Assembly (NCBI GenBank): GCA_028534125.1
Contig: CM052850.1
Location: forward strand, 1,364,001 to 1,428,000
Direction of reading: 5' to 3'
Source: Lama glama
Lineage: Eukaryota
Length of the DNA stretch: 64,000 nt
Shown here: positions 50,661 through 63,214 of the stretch, piece by piece
Position numbering within the stretch: the stretch's first letter is position 1
How the letters are laid out: each line of letters opens with the position of its first letter
Notes under the pieces: generated by a model
Seen by the model: the letters and a program-made list of their open reading frames with translations, nothing else
Database searches by the model: none
Told to the model about the DNA's origin: nothing
Program-made: the position numbers and the translations under genes

Positions 50661-51459
50661 CCAGGGGGAGGAAGGGGGCGGGAGGGGCATGATGAGGCAG
50701 TGTATTAGCAGAGTGATTTTAATTGACAACAGGCCACGGAGGGGAGATTTTCGACATGTGAAATCAGGAATAAGCCTTGGGAGGGAAGATTGGATTGGAT
50801 GACCACCCTCACATTCCTTCTCCCCGCTGAGAGCAGACCTGGGAGACCTGGAGGAGCCCCTCTGGCCCTGGGACAGGGAGGGGGCCCTGCCTGAGTCAGA
50901 CCGAATCTCATCCTCTAGTGCTCAAATCTAGCCTCCATCATCACTGGCTGTGTGGTCCTGGGAAGTACGCTTCAGTTTCCACCACTAGAAAAACAGAGTT
51001 TAAACGAAATAGCATGTAAAATGCCCAGTACACCTCCTGGTACTTAATGAGGGCTGTAAATATTCTAAATATTCTATTTTGTATTGTCTGGAAGTGTTTC
51101 CAGAATTTATTTATGTTTTCTTCTTATCTCAAAGGGAAGTCTAAGTGGACTAAAGGAATTCCACCTCCAGCCCTGCTGGATTCCTTCAGTAATAGGTCGG
51201 CCAGATGTAAGGGCTAGTTTTATTAATGGTAGATGGTAGTTGAATTATAGGGGAAGTTAGATTCATTTCATTTTCATTAGGATTGGCATGGAGGTCAGGA
51301 GAGAATGGCTTCTAAACTAGGAGATCTATTTCGATGTCAGGGTCACGGTTAGAAGCCAGCCCTCACCAGGTCACGAGTCGCTGGCCACGCGGGATGCAGA
51401 GCCGGGTGAGGGGCGGGGCCTGGGCTCTCAGCGGGCCTTCCTGTCCTGTTACCCGAGCC

Positions 51460-51661
51460 CAGTGGCTCTCAAACCTGGGCAATCTTCTCTCCCAGGGAAC
51501 ATCTGATTTTTTTTTGGCTGTCACAACTGGGGTGGGGACACTACCGGCACCCCGTGGTAGAGGAGGGATGCTGCGAAGCTTGTCACAATGCACAGGACAG
51601 TCCCCACAACAAACAGTCATCTGGCCCAAAACGTCAGCGGTGCTGAGGCTGAGAAAGCCTG
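51460..51661. mobile_element. MER20 hAT-Charlie MITE
   Basis: cagtggctctcaa...ttttggctgtcacaactgggg...caatgcacaggacagtccccacaacaa...tctggcccaaaacgtca...tgaggctgagaaagcctg. Confidence 0.92.
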
Positions 51662-52749
51662 CGTCAGTCCACTTACTTCTCATTCATAAAGCACCTGCTA
51701 AGTGCCAGCTCTAAGCAGCGTGCTGGCTCAGCTGCCCACCGACCGTATGACCGTGGGGAAGCCCCCTGGCCTGTCAGAACCTCAGTTTCCCTGTCAGTAA
51801 CACAAGGGCACGTCCTGCTTTGGCTCACGGCTTGTCATCAGGATCTGAGGCAATAACACATGTGGAGCCTTTGTGAACGACGGCCCAACCCCGGGACACT
51901 ATTACGCTAATAGCCACTACTCGCCCTTAGTGGAAACTCCAGCTGTTAGCGGGGGCTTCTGGGTCATGACCCTTTTCCTCCCCACCACTAGTGCACGTGC
52001 TGGAGGCTCTAATTAAACCAGCAACCTGGCGGATCATCCTGGGGTTATGCTTCCTCAGCCCAGCTTGGCGAGCCTGGACAGACACCTCCCAGCACCCAGG
52101 CAGGGATGCTCACACCCAAGTCAAGCAGGTGTTTGGAAAGACTTCCCAGTCCGGCTGCTCGCAAGAAGGAGCGAACCAGAGGAAGCAGCGTCAGGATTCA
52201 GACGGCCATGGCACCAGCTACTTCACGGCCTGGGTACCAGTCAGCTGTGTGAACTGCGGGGTGTGCCTTCCCCGGAAGGCGTGTGAGAGGCAGGGCTTGG
52301 GAGCACAGCTGTTTGCTCTTTAGCACTCCCTGCAGGGAGGCAGCACCCAGGAAGGGAGAAGCCAGGAAGCCAGATTCTCTAAGCTGAGGCCCCTTGCAAG
52401 GCTGGTTGGCGGTGGACCCTAATGAAGGCGATGATGGGACCAGACTCCATGCATTGTGACCACTCTAATCAGCCCAGCTGGCTCTCTTGGCCTTCAAGGG
52501 GCCACGCCTGTTTCGCATGTTTGTGTTTGCATGGTCCTGGTTTCCAATGGCAACGATGGCTTCACCTCCCTGCACGTGCCCGTGTGTTCAGGCATTAATG
52601 GATGCTTCCAACGCCCGCCTGAGGCAGGCACGCCCCCTCCCGGGCCTCTCCCTGGGTCATCTAGAAGGCAGAGATGGAGCTGCTATCCCAAAGGAGCTTC
52701 GTTTTACTGGTGCACATGCTACCCCCCCGTCTTGCAGAGAACTGGTCAA

Positions 52750-53030
52750 AAATGCATTGTGTGACAACTGAGATAATCCATGTCAAGGGCTTAAAACAGT
52801 GCGCAGCACATAGTAAGTGTTCAGCTAACGTTAATCGCTATTATTATTACCTTCCTCACAATAACCCTATAAAGAAGGTATTGCTGGTATCTCGATTTCA
52901 AGCGGGAGGACACTGGAGCTCAGAGAAGATAAATCGCTTGCTCCGGAACCTCCAGCTTGGCCTCAGGATTTGAATCCAGGATTCTTCTGAGCTGGGCTTC
53001 CCTCCACAGAGGAGCTCTTAACCCTGAGCT
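52750..53030. mobile_element. Two MIRs joined tail to tail (+ then -)
   Basis: gcttaaaacagtgcgcagcacatagtaagtgttca...tattattatt then cctcacaataaccctataaag...ggatttgaatccagg. Confidence 0.75.
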
Positions 53031-53874
53031 GTTTCCAAAAATGCTGAAAGGGACTAAAGCAGTGTTCTTCAAGCACCCACTCTGGACATCAATTCCTGAG
53101 GATTTAGAACTGTGATCTCAGGAGCCGGAGCTGCTATGCCTGCCCATAATGGGACATTAGTCCCCAGGGGAGCCCTTGTGGAGGGACCGGGGGAGAAGAG
53201 TCCACTGGCTGGACCCTTTAAACTCAGCAAACAGTGAAACAGACACACTTGGTCCTGATCCCTTCAGACATTTCCTTGTCTCTTCCTAGTCCTGCCCTCC
53301 CCACCCCACTCCTTCCCTCCCCACCCCACTCCACCCCAATTCTTCTCCTGAGACAAGGGGGCAGTCTCCAGAAGGTTGCCTGGCCAAATCCTCTGCCATG
53401 GCAGTTTCTGCTTGCTCCTTGCTGTTCCCCAAGCCTGCACCGTCTTACTATGGCGGTCAGCTGCCACCCCTCCTACACAGCCCCCTGAAGCCGGATGCCG
53501 ATTCCTAAGCCACGAGGTAGATGACGGCTGAGGAGCCTAGGGGCGGTTTTCAGACTGATGGAGTGCACTCAGGAGACCTGCATTCTAGTTTTAGCTTTTC
53601 CATTTGCCAACTTGGGCAGTATTAATAACAGGCATTAATACAGTGTTGACGAAACAGCTTCTCAGACCCTGTTTTATTTGATTCTCCTAAGACCATGTGA
53701 GTAATCATGGCAGATTCTCTTATTTTCATTTTACAGAAGAGAATCTGAGGTTTGGTTAAGCGCTTGATCAAGATTATACTTCTAATAAGTGAAAACCAGG
53801 ACATGAAACCAAGATTTCTTAATTGAAATTTCAGTGCTGTTTCCACATTGTCATTTCTCTGAGTCTCTCTCCCG

Positions 53875-53876
<2 letters not shown>

Positions 53877-53906
<30 letters not shown>
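53877..53906. repeat. (CA)15 microsatellite among nested MIRs (about 53550-53990)
   Basis: Read directly. Confidence 0.97.
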
Positions 53907-53908
<2 letters not shown>

Positions 53909-54859
53909 GAACCTTAATTTTTTTCATGTGTAAAATGAGGGTGTTTAGAATAAATGATCTCTGAGGACCCTGTGAGCTCTCAACTAAAATCCAGTGTCTT
54001 TCAGTTTTCCGGTGAATCCTTACTCATCTGCAGAACTCAGAGTTATGATACTAGTATCAGGGTTATGAGCTTTCAGACCTGTTCCCACTTTTCTGTCTGC
54101 ATCATGTAACATTTCCGTTTTTATAGTTCACAGAACACACTTTCTTCAGGGAGGGGACCTAGTTGAAATCAATAATAAGAGAACGACCAGTCTACTCCTT
54201 AGATTTGGAGAGCAAATAAAGAAACAGCCCCAGCAGTGTGTGCACGCTCCTGCAGCCCCATTACTGGCGCATTAAACTTTTCGAGCACAGCTCGGCCGCT
54301 CTCTCCATAAAGAAGCCTGGTCTGTGACATCTTCTAGCATCGTCCATGAGGCATTTAGATCTTTGGAGAATGGCAGTAATAGTGCAAATGGATATAGAGT
54401 ATTGATGGCTCAAGGTATCCAAGTAATTAAGAATTTAAAAATGGAGCAGGAAAGGATTGTTGCCAACAGAGAGAAGCTTCAGCTGAATCCTTGGTCCATT
54501 ACTCTTGAAGGGATAATTACAATAGCCCACAAACTGATGGCAATTCTCAATTATAGATGCTTCTCAAACATATGGGTTTTTTTTTTTTTTTTGCCACAGA
54601 GAGGAGGTGGTCAAGTTTATCAGTAGTAAGAAAACCTAGATTCAGGACCTTATTTTTTTCTGTGGATTACTTACCTTCTTTCTGTCTCATGTTTTTATTT
54701 ATAAAATCTATATTGCTATAGTAACACTAAATAATATAACAAATAGTTATATGAGGATTTTAAAGTTAATTTTTCTTTTTATTTTTCCAGTTATTTCCTT
54801 CCCTCCATTCCCTCTCTCGTTGTGAGGGAAAAAAAAAGATATTTCCCCTCATTCTTTTC

Positions 54860-56180
54860 ATTTTTGAAAACTGAGGCAAAATTTACATAGAGTGACAAGT
54901 AAATGTACAAGTCACTGAATTTTGATAAATAGGTACACCTGTGTAACCAACTCCCCAGTCAAGATACACATCATCTCCATCTCCCCAGAAGGTTATCCCT
55001 CACCTGGGCAATCCATATCCCCCATACACAGCTGTCATTCTGATTTCTGCCATCAGAGATTAGTTTTGCATTCTTGAACTTCACATAAATAGAATTATAC
55101 TGTATATATTAGTTTATGTTTGGCTTTCTTTGCTCAACATAATGTTTTTTGCGAGTAGTGTACTTTATCCTTTTTATTGCTAAGCAGTATTCCATTACAT
55201 GAATTTATCACAGTTTGTACGATCTGTCGATGAACATTTGGGTTGTTTCTGATTAGCGGCTATTGTGAACACACCTGCTATAAACATTCTTGTAGAAGTG
55301 TTTTTGCAGGTGTACATTTTCATTGCTACGTGATAAGTCCTTAAGAATAGAATTACTGAATCACATTAGTATTGGTTTAACTTTATTAAGCAATATCAAA
55401 TTGTTTTCCAAAGTGGTTGCCACTTTACAATCCCACCAGCAGTGTATGAAATTTCCAGTTCTTCCTTGTCACCACCAATATTTGGCATCATCAGCCTTTT
55501 TAATTGTAGGTCTTCACACTGGTGTAAAGTGATGTGAGATGTAACCGATAGGGTAAACTCAGTGAAGAGCACACAAGACCTTTCTGTACTCTCCTTCCAA
55601 CTTCCTATGACTATAATTATTTTCAAAATAAAAGGGTTAAAAATATGTGTTAAATTTTCTTATGTATTCAAGTTTTCATACATTTTCCTTTAATTCAGTT
55701 ATCTTTTTATTACTGAATTGTAGAAGTTCTTTATATATTCTAGATAGAAGTCCTTAGTTACATATATTGCAAATATTTTCTCCAGCTGGTCAATTTCTAT
55801 TCATTTCTTAAAAGTATTTCTTGATGAGCAGAAGTTTTAAATTCTGTCAAAGTTCAGTTTACCATTTTTTTCTTTTGTAGTTAGTACTTTTTCTGTCCTA
55901 AGAAATCTTCGCCTATTGCAAAGTCACAAATTTTTTATCTTATATTTTCTTCTTGGAGCTTTAGAGTTTTAGCTTTTATATTTAGGTAACTATGCTATGC
56001 TTCATGTCAAGTGAACTTTTGTGAAAGTCTGGATAGGAGCTGAAGTTCTTTTTTATCCCCATACTTTTATCTAGTAGTTTCAGCCCCAATTGTTGTTGCT
56101 GAAAAGACATTCCTTTCCCCATTCCTTTGCTTTTGTTGAGAATCAGTAGACCATATATGTGTGGGTCTCGGGAAGACTTT
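54860..56180 (-). mobile_element. L1ME-like 3' region containing a short plus-strand L1M 3' piece (about 55540-55645)
   Basis: gattagttttgcattcttgaacttcacataaatagaat; ttttccaaagtggttgcc...ttacaatcccaccagcagtgtatga; tgatgagcagaagttttaaatt. Confidence 0.85.
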
Positions 56181-56349
56181 TTGGTCAGATTCAACCTCCT
56201 GGGCTGATCTTCTATCTTCTACCTTTTTACCCTCTCCTATTGTGGTTTGTCTTTATGGTCTACTTTATGTGATTTTTTTCAACCAAATCTTTGAACTTTT
56301 CTTAGAATTTTAATTTTTGGCCTCAGTATTTTTAATTGGCAAGAGTCTT

Positions 56350-56700
56350 TCCTTGGTCTCATATTTGCTACCTAGCCACCTCCACTTCTTTGTTCCAATG
56401 TCACCTTCTCCATGAGATCTTCCCTGGTCATCATGTTTGAACTTAGATAAGCCCTTTCTTCTAGCTCTTTCTAACTCCCTTCTCTGCTGTTTTTTACCTC
56501 CATGGCATCTATCATAATCTGTCATACTATATTTTACCTATTTTTTGGTTTGCTGTCTGTCTCTCTTGCTGAAATGACAGCTCCATGATGACAGGGATGT
56601 TTAAATGTTTTCTTAATTATTACTATAGCTATGTTCCCAGCACCTAGGATAGTGCCATGTACCAATAGGCACAGTCAATATCTAAATGAATGAATGAATA
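56350..56700 (+). mobile_element. L2a-like 3' end
   Basis: aatgtcaccttctccatgag...cagctccatgatgacaggga...cccagcacctaggatagtgcc...tgaatgaatgaat. Confidence 0.85.
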
Positions 56701-57053
56701 ATTGTTTCTTTGTTATAGACTTTTCTTCTCATTTCATGAAAGCAAGATCTTACATCTCTCTGAGGATGTTATAATATCTTCATTTTTTTCTATTTTCTGC
56801 ATTTCTTCTGTTTCTCTGAGTTCCTCCCCACACCACCACCACCCCTTTTTGTTTATTTTGATTTCTCACCTTTATATCGGATGCTTTCTTCAAATGATTG
56901 GTGATCCTTGACTGCTCATTCATAAGCTGGGCCTTGCTGAACCATGGATGGAGCCTGTTGACTAGTGGGTTTTAGGGACATGCAAGGGTGGTTCCATTGA
57001 TATCAGTCCATGTTTCTCTTGAGCCCCTCAGTTTCCCCAAAGAGGAGTTCTCA

Positions 57054-57259
57054 CTGGGACATCGTGCTGCACACCAGAAACTGACACATTGAAACTGACA
57101 GTACTTCAATAAAATTTTTTTTAATATAAATAAATAAGCAAGCAACATAAAAAAAATGCTCAAGGGAAAAATTGAAAAAAAGAAAAAAAACACTGGAATT
57201 TGACAACATTGTAAAATGATTATAAATCAATAAAAAATGTTAAAAAAAAAAAAGAAAAA
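57054..57259 (+). mobile_element. Two nested, very short L1 3' ends
   Basis: Outer TSD aaagaggagttctca (57039-57053) / aaagaggagtcctca (57260-57274); the inner element from 57191 matches the end of the 18015-18373 family. Confidence 0.9.
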
Positions 57260-58269
57260 AAAGAGGAGTCCTCAATCTTCTGCTTGAGGAACGTAAACTA
57301 GTCTGCAAGTGTTCTGAGAGCCTCACAAAAAAGGAGTGGTGACTCTTACTCTTCAGTAGCTCAGAGACTTTCACTCATTCCCCTTGTGTTCCAGAAAGCA
57401 CTTTCCTTCTGCCCTTTACTTTGGTTTTTCAGAGTCTAGAAACTTTTCAGATCATTTGCTCCAGAGAATAATGGCCCTGTTTCCCTGCCAGGGTCAGGGA
57501 AGGACAACAGACCTGCCACACAGAGGGGGAGGCCAGGGTGTGTGTGAATCTAACAGCCTGAGACAGATTTTGACCCATTCCATGTTCAGCTGCACGCTTT
57601 CTAAGGTCATTGTGCCTCAAAGCCTGAGTCATTCTTAGGCTCAGCGGTGCAAATGGCTGCAGGCTTGCTCCGCTCTGTGCCGTCCATACCGCTCACGTGT
57701 TTATTTTGCAACTTCCAAACGTGTGTAGGCATCTTTTTTCTCCCTTCCCATTTTCTTCACCCTTGACATTTTTACCTTTTTATCCTTTTAATGTCAATTT
57801 AGTGGGGGTTTCAAGAAAGTGGAAATAAATGCATGTATTCAGTCTGCCATGTGTAACAGAAGTCCGGTGTAAGGATTAAAAGAAAGATGGAGGGGACGGT
57901 GACTCATAATGTTAATAGTTATCATGTTTAATCCTGTCCCCCTAGCTTGATTCCTAATCTAGTCTGTGAGGCTTACATTTGATCTTGGTGCTAATCTAGT
58001 GACACTATAGTGCAAATGCTGGCTAAAAGCCAACAGACTGAAGTTCATTGTGCTGATTTAGGGAGCCATTAAAGTCTGTTGCCAGGTAATAAAGCTGATA
58101 ATTAGAGGAAATCAAGTAGGTTCAGGCTTTAGTGCTTCCCAGAAATGAGTTTCACAGAGTTTAGACACTCTTGCTGTGACGGTCTCTGCCTCCTTCTCTC
58201 CTTGTAAACCTCTTCATCTCCTAAGACCATCCTGTGTTACAAAGCATAGGCCAGCCTCTTATGTTCATA

Positions 58270-58560
58270 GATTATTTATCCAATAAACACTGATGGGCAT
58301 CTGTAACATGCCAGGCACTAGCTAGGCTGGGGATTAAAAGGTCAACCTGGTCTTGACGTCTGAGAGCATACAATCTAGCTGAAGGACCATATATAAAAAA
58401 ATAATCCAGTGAAATAAATGACAGTGCTTGGGCAAAACTGCAAAAAGAAGTTTGCACAAGTTTACATGGGAGCGCAGAGGAAGGCTTGATCAACTCCACC
58501 ATGGGGCACAAGGAAGTCTTCCAGAGGAACCGAGGTGTTGTTCCCTCCAGGAAGTTATAT
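58270..58560 (-). mobile_element. L2 3' end
   Basis: atttatccaataaacactgatgggcatctgtaacatgccaggcactagctaggctgggga...acaatctag. Confidence 0.75.
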
Positions 58561-60187
58561 TTTTTTCCTCAAGCTTCAGAGAGGCATCATGTAGACAGGT
58601 GAAATGTTCATCCCAAGGAGACGGAGCTGAGGCGTAGCTGGAGGTGACCTGAGCAGAAACATCTTCAAGCAAAAGCCGCCACGGATCAGAAAAGGACGCC
58701 CCACCCCCACCACTCCACCGCAAGGCGCTGTGGAGACGACGGCCGAGCGATGCTTCATCCGCATTTCACATTCACGAGGGAAGAGCTGTCTCCTTCCCGC
58801 TTGCACCCGCAGCCGGAGATGTGGAGTCTTCAGGACCCGGAGACGGGTGAAGAGGAGAAACACGGAGCAGGACAAGATCGCGTGGCTTCTACCTGACGTT
58901 TCTGCCTGGGCGTCTGAGCTGTCGGTGCGGCCCTGGATGAAGGCCGTACCTACTCAGGAGGAGGAAGCCCACTGTGTCGGGACTTGTTGCTTTGGTTGTG
59001 GCTGTCTGGTGACGTCACAGAAGCCCAGCGAGATGAGGATGGTGGAGGCGGCGAGTGAATTGGATGAGAGGGCAACTATAAAGTGCCTGGGAAGCTGTAT
59101 CTGACAATTATTATTCATCCACACGGTGAGGAAGTGGGAGACACATACTGACTGAGCCCCAGACTGTGCTCTAGTAACTTGATTTTCTCTCCACGTTGGT
59201 CCATATCATGTTACCTATTCCTGACCTGCTGACCAGGGAGGACAGGAAGTGGGCCAGAGCCGCCTCCCTGGAGCGCACTGGAGCCTTCCCACCCCCAGGG
59301 CTCAGCCCCGTGGGAGTCTGAGTTGGGAGCAGACAGACGGGTGGGGGCCTGCTCACCTTGGTTGCCCACCCCGGCCCCTATTCAGGAAGGCGCAGGTGGA
59401 CTCCTGGGTGAAATGAGCTCGGCTGATCATGCCTGTCAACCTCAGGAGGCTTTGAGAAAGCACAGATACGCTGAAATGTAACAGGACTTAAGCATTAAAT
59501 GTTGGTGGGGCCCAAAGGCCTGAGAGCAGCTGCCTACGGCGGGAAAGTTGGAGCAGAAGAGAGTGGCTTGTGCCAGCTGGGGCTCAGAGAATCCTGAAAT
59601 GAGCTTGTGCCTTTGCAGTGGCACATAGAGACAAACACCTTTCGCTGGAGGAGGCCGTGTGGAAGGCCAAGGCTCTGACTATTTGTCTATCAGGATTGCC
59701 CAGGTGACAGTGGGTGGGGTGGGGACACATAACTTGCTGTCCTGTCCTGTAGGGGAGGCCCTGGGCCCTGTACACCCCCGGAGACAACATCGTGTGACGG
59801 CCAACCACAGTCTGCGTGACACACTCACGCAAGACATTTGTCTTGGTGTGGCTGGGAGGGCCGATGGAGGAACGTCTGATCAGCTCTGTGCTGGAGGGAC
59901 GCTTCCCAGCATCCTCTTCAGTCAGTGAGGAAAAGGCATCATGCACATTCCTCAAAGCCTCTGTTCCCCCTTCCAGCTTTCTTACTGGGGACAATTAGAC
60001 TGCGCACGTGGGTCCCTGAGGAAACTGAGGAGGACGAATTCACAGCTGGAAGTGAGAGAATTAAGGGCAGCATCAGTAAGTCAGGAGAGGTGAGCACCAG
60101 GGGCAGGTCATCCGTGAAGGACGTCAAGAGGGGCCCACATTGCAGGCTTACCCAGAAATGGTTCGTAGAAGTCAAGTGGCTTGTAAG

Positions 60188-60620
60188 AGTGTTAGTTATC
60201 TACCTGCTGTGACAGGTTATCACAAACTCGGTGGCTTAAACCAATATAAATGCATATGTGCAGTTCTGGAGGTCAGATGTCTAAAATGGGTGGGTCAGGT
60301 GGGCTGCCTCCCCTTCTGGAGGCTGTGGGAGGATCTGTTCCCTCACCTCGTCCAGCTTCCAGAGACGGCTGCATCCCTTGGCTTGTGGACTCGCATGATG
60401 CTGACCTCTGCTTTCCTCGACACATATCCTTTTCTGACTCTGACCCTCTTGCCTCCCTTTTACAAGGAAACGTATGTTACATTGGGACCACCCAAATAAT
60501 CCAGGATACTCTCCCCATCACAAGATCCTTAGCTCAATCACATCTGCAAAGTCCTTGCTGTGAAAGGTGACGTTTATACAGGTTCTGGAAATGAGGGTGT
60601 AAGCATTTTTGCCTCCGCAG
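60188..60620 (-). mobile_element. MaLR solo LTR (MLT1-like)
   Basis: cacaaactcggtggcttaaa...cagttctggaggtcaga...acattgggaccacccaaataatccaggata...atcacatctgcaaagtcc. Confidence 0.9.
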
Positions 60621-61779
60621 TAGAGGTGACCTTCTCAGCCCACCTCCGGTGTGAGTTTCCTTTTGTCTTCGGAGCTCTCTGGAAACACTCAGCAGTACTT
60701 CTGAGCGCTGGGGTTCCCAGGACTCGCTTTTACCAGCTCTAAGTATCCCCTGGAGGGTTCTCTGGGCGCTGGCCTCCTCCGGGGTTTTGTTCCTTCCCCT
60801 GAAAGGAATTTGGACAGCTGGGTGGAGTCCTTCTCTCTGGGGTTTCCACAGTGGGAGCCCGATGCATCCCGGCTTTGTGCCAGAACAGGCAGCCATGGAC
60901 ATTGCAGCCTGGACCGGCCGTAGGCCTGGTGGCAACTTCTCTCCATCGTTATCTTTAAGTTTGCCACTGCCCTGTTGTTCCTGGCAGGCTGACGGCTGTC
61001 ACTGCTGCCAACAAAGTGAGGAAAACTGGGCAGATGTTACCAAGGCTCAGGAAACAGTGGGAAGGGTGGGAAGGCAGGGTGGCCAGACAGGGTGAGGCTG
61101 GGAATTTTCCATGGTGAGTTTGGATCCCCAGAGAAATGGTTAGATGCAAGCAAGCCATGGAATTTCCTTCTGGTCCAGGATAATTTAAAAGTGATTCTGG
61201 GGTGGTCCTCGTGGGCCTAGTTAGCGGGCTGTCATTCAGACTCAAAGGCAGTCATTTTAGAATCTCTTCTCCACTCCGGTGCAGGGCCGGCTGGTGACGG
61301 CGTCTGCTTGCACCTCACCCCTCGCCACGTGCTCCTGAAGATCCCGGGCTGCATTTGAAGTCTTGTCTCCTTTGTAGTTGCCCTCAGTTTCCCCTCCCTC
61401 TGGTCTCATCTACATGACTGAGTGCTTTCATTAATTCAGCATTTGGTGCTTTTAAAACTGAATGTTCTCAGTCATTAATATTACATCCTGCCTTTTATAA
61501 CTTAACTCTGCTGTGTATCCTGGGTTATCACATTTCCAAGAGACAGTCAGATAAGATAAAGTTGTCTGGAAAAAAAAAGAAATCCCATGTTGGTGAGATC
61601 AGAAAACACAGAAAGGAGCAGGCTTAACTTTATGACTCTGGGCCCTGCATGTAAATTCTAGAAAAGGCCCACTGGCCCTTTGTTTGCAAAACTGGATCTG
61701 GGAGGCACGTGTGATGTTTGGCAGAGCTCTTATCCAAGGACACAGGTTCCCTCTGGAGGGTTACAGGGGTGGGGGGGCC

Positions 61780-62800
61780 GCTGCTGCGGGCGAGAGCGCC
61801 GCCTGGGTGAGTGGGGGGCAGACTGTGTTCCCCTGGGGAGGGGGCCCTGAATTACCGCCAGTGTGGGGCTCTCTCTCTGAAGGACTCAGGCCTGAGGCCG
61901 CAGCAGGAGGACCCCATAGAGAGCACGGAGCCTTCCAGAAAGGAAGGCAGTTCAAAAAGGAAGCCTGGCGGTGCTTCATCAGAAGAGAGGAGTTTATCTT
62001 CCAGGCCCCCCGATTCCCTTGGGCCACCCCTGGGCCAGACCTGCCTCCGCGCCCCTCCGCCTCGCAGCCCCGTGGCACCGTCTCCCCTTTCATCCTGTCC
62101 ATCCAGCAGCGTCCCCTGCCAGCTCCTCACCCTCCAGCTTCCGCCTCTCCCCTCGTGCTTCCCCATCAGCCCTCCTTCCCCCCAAGTCCCTGCGGCGGCC
62201 GGGAGCCCTCCGCCCAGCCCCTCCCCTGCTTTCCCTCTCTCCAGTGCGCATGCTCAGCGCACGGCTGCCCACTCCCCCTGCCCCCCCACCCCGTGCCTCG
62301 GCCCTTTCGCTGGAATTGCCGTCAGGGGTTGCAGTTGGAGGGGACCCCAGCTGAGTGTCAGGCTGTCTCTGCCTGGACACCAAGCCTGCACCTTGAATAA
62401 ACCTGGGGCAGTGAGAGAGAGGGAGGGAGGGAGGGAAGAAGGAAAGGAAGGGGAGAGAGGGCGAGAGAGACAGAGACAGAGAGGTAGGGAGACAGAGGGA
62501 CCCTGAGCGAGCCTGAGCACAGGAGAGAAGCAGAGAAGGTTCTGTCTGCATTCCTGAGAGGCTGAGTTGCCAGGATCATACAGACAGGACTGGGGGCGCT
62601 GAGCCCTGAAGGAGGCGAAAAGGGTTCTCTGTATATTTCACTCTAGCCTCAGAGGGAGGACCTTCCAAGGGGAGGCACTGCCAATCAGGACGGAATTCAC
62701 CTCACTGTTCCTGTTTGAATTAACCCTTAAAGATGCAACTGGCAACAAACAAACAAACACCATGTGTTTTTAGAGCACCTCCTTTATATAGGAGTTCCTT
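61780..62800. promoter_or_regulatory. Candidate promoter or first-exon region, gene not identified
   Basis: Most GC/CpG-rich repeat-free stretch by eye; GC boxes near 62045 and 62207; NRF1-like tgcgcatgctca 62245-62256; polypurine tract 62413-62500; CCAAT at 62681; TATATAAA on the minus strand 62790-62783. Confidence 0.55.
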
Positions 62801-63214
62801 TTGTGATCCTGCCCTACGCTTTTAGAGCTTATGGCAGGTTGACCCAGACTTCTGGAAGCTCTCACGGCCTCCTGAGCAGGAGGAGCCTCTGAAACCCTCT
62901 CCTCCACCGGCCCAGCTGTGGGGAGGGTGGCTGGAGGTGGCTGGCCCTTCAGCATGTGGTCCCACTGCCACCAATGATGTTCTCAGGGGCACCACGAGCT
63001 AAGGCACACTTAGGAAGGACAGGGAGGTTTCCGGGAGGGAAGGTGATGGGCATCGCGTTGCAGTCACCCAGGCTGCCCTCCTTTCCTCGGGTCTGCGCAT
63101 GGCTGCTTCGGTAACACAGCCCCGCAGCCTGGGGTTGAGGGACTCTGTTCACCTGGTGTCCCAGGATGGATCCACCCCAGACTCCGGCCAGACCCCACTG
63201 CTTCGGAAGCTGCT

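Noticed and set aside
58730-59104. 124-aa Arg/Cys-rich ORF
   Set aside because: GTG start, no homology I recognise, no convincing splice or poly(A) context
61684-62551. Overlapping 238-, 231- and 153-aa ORFs
   Set aside because: Open in several frames on both strands because GC-rich sequence lacks stops; low-complexity Pro/Gly/Ser translations
62781-62792. SRF CArG box
   Set aside because: Eight A/T bases between CC and GG rather than six
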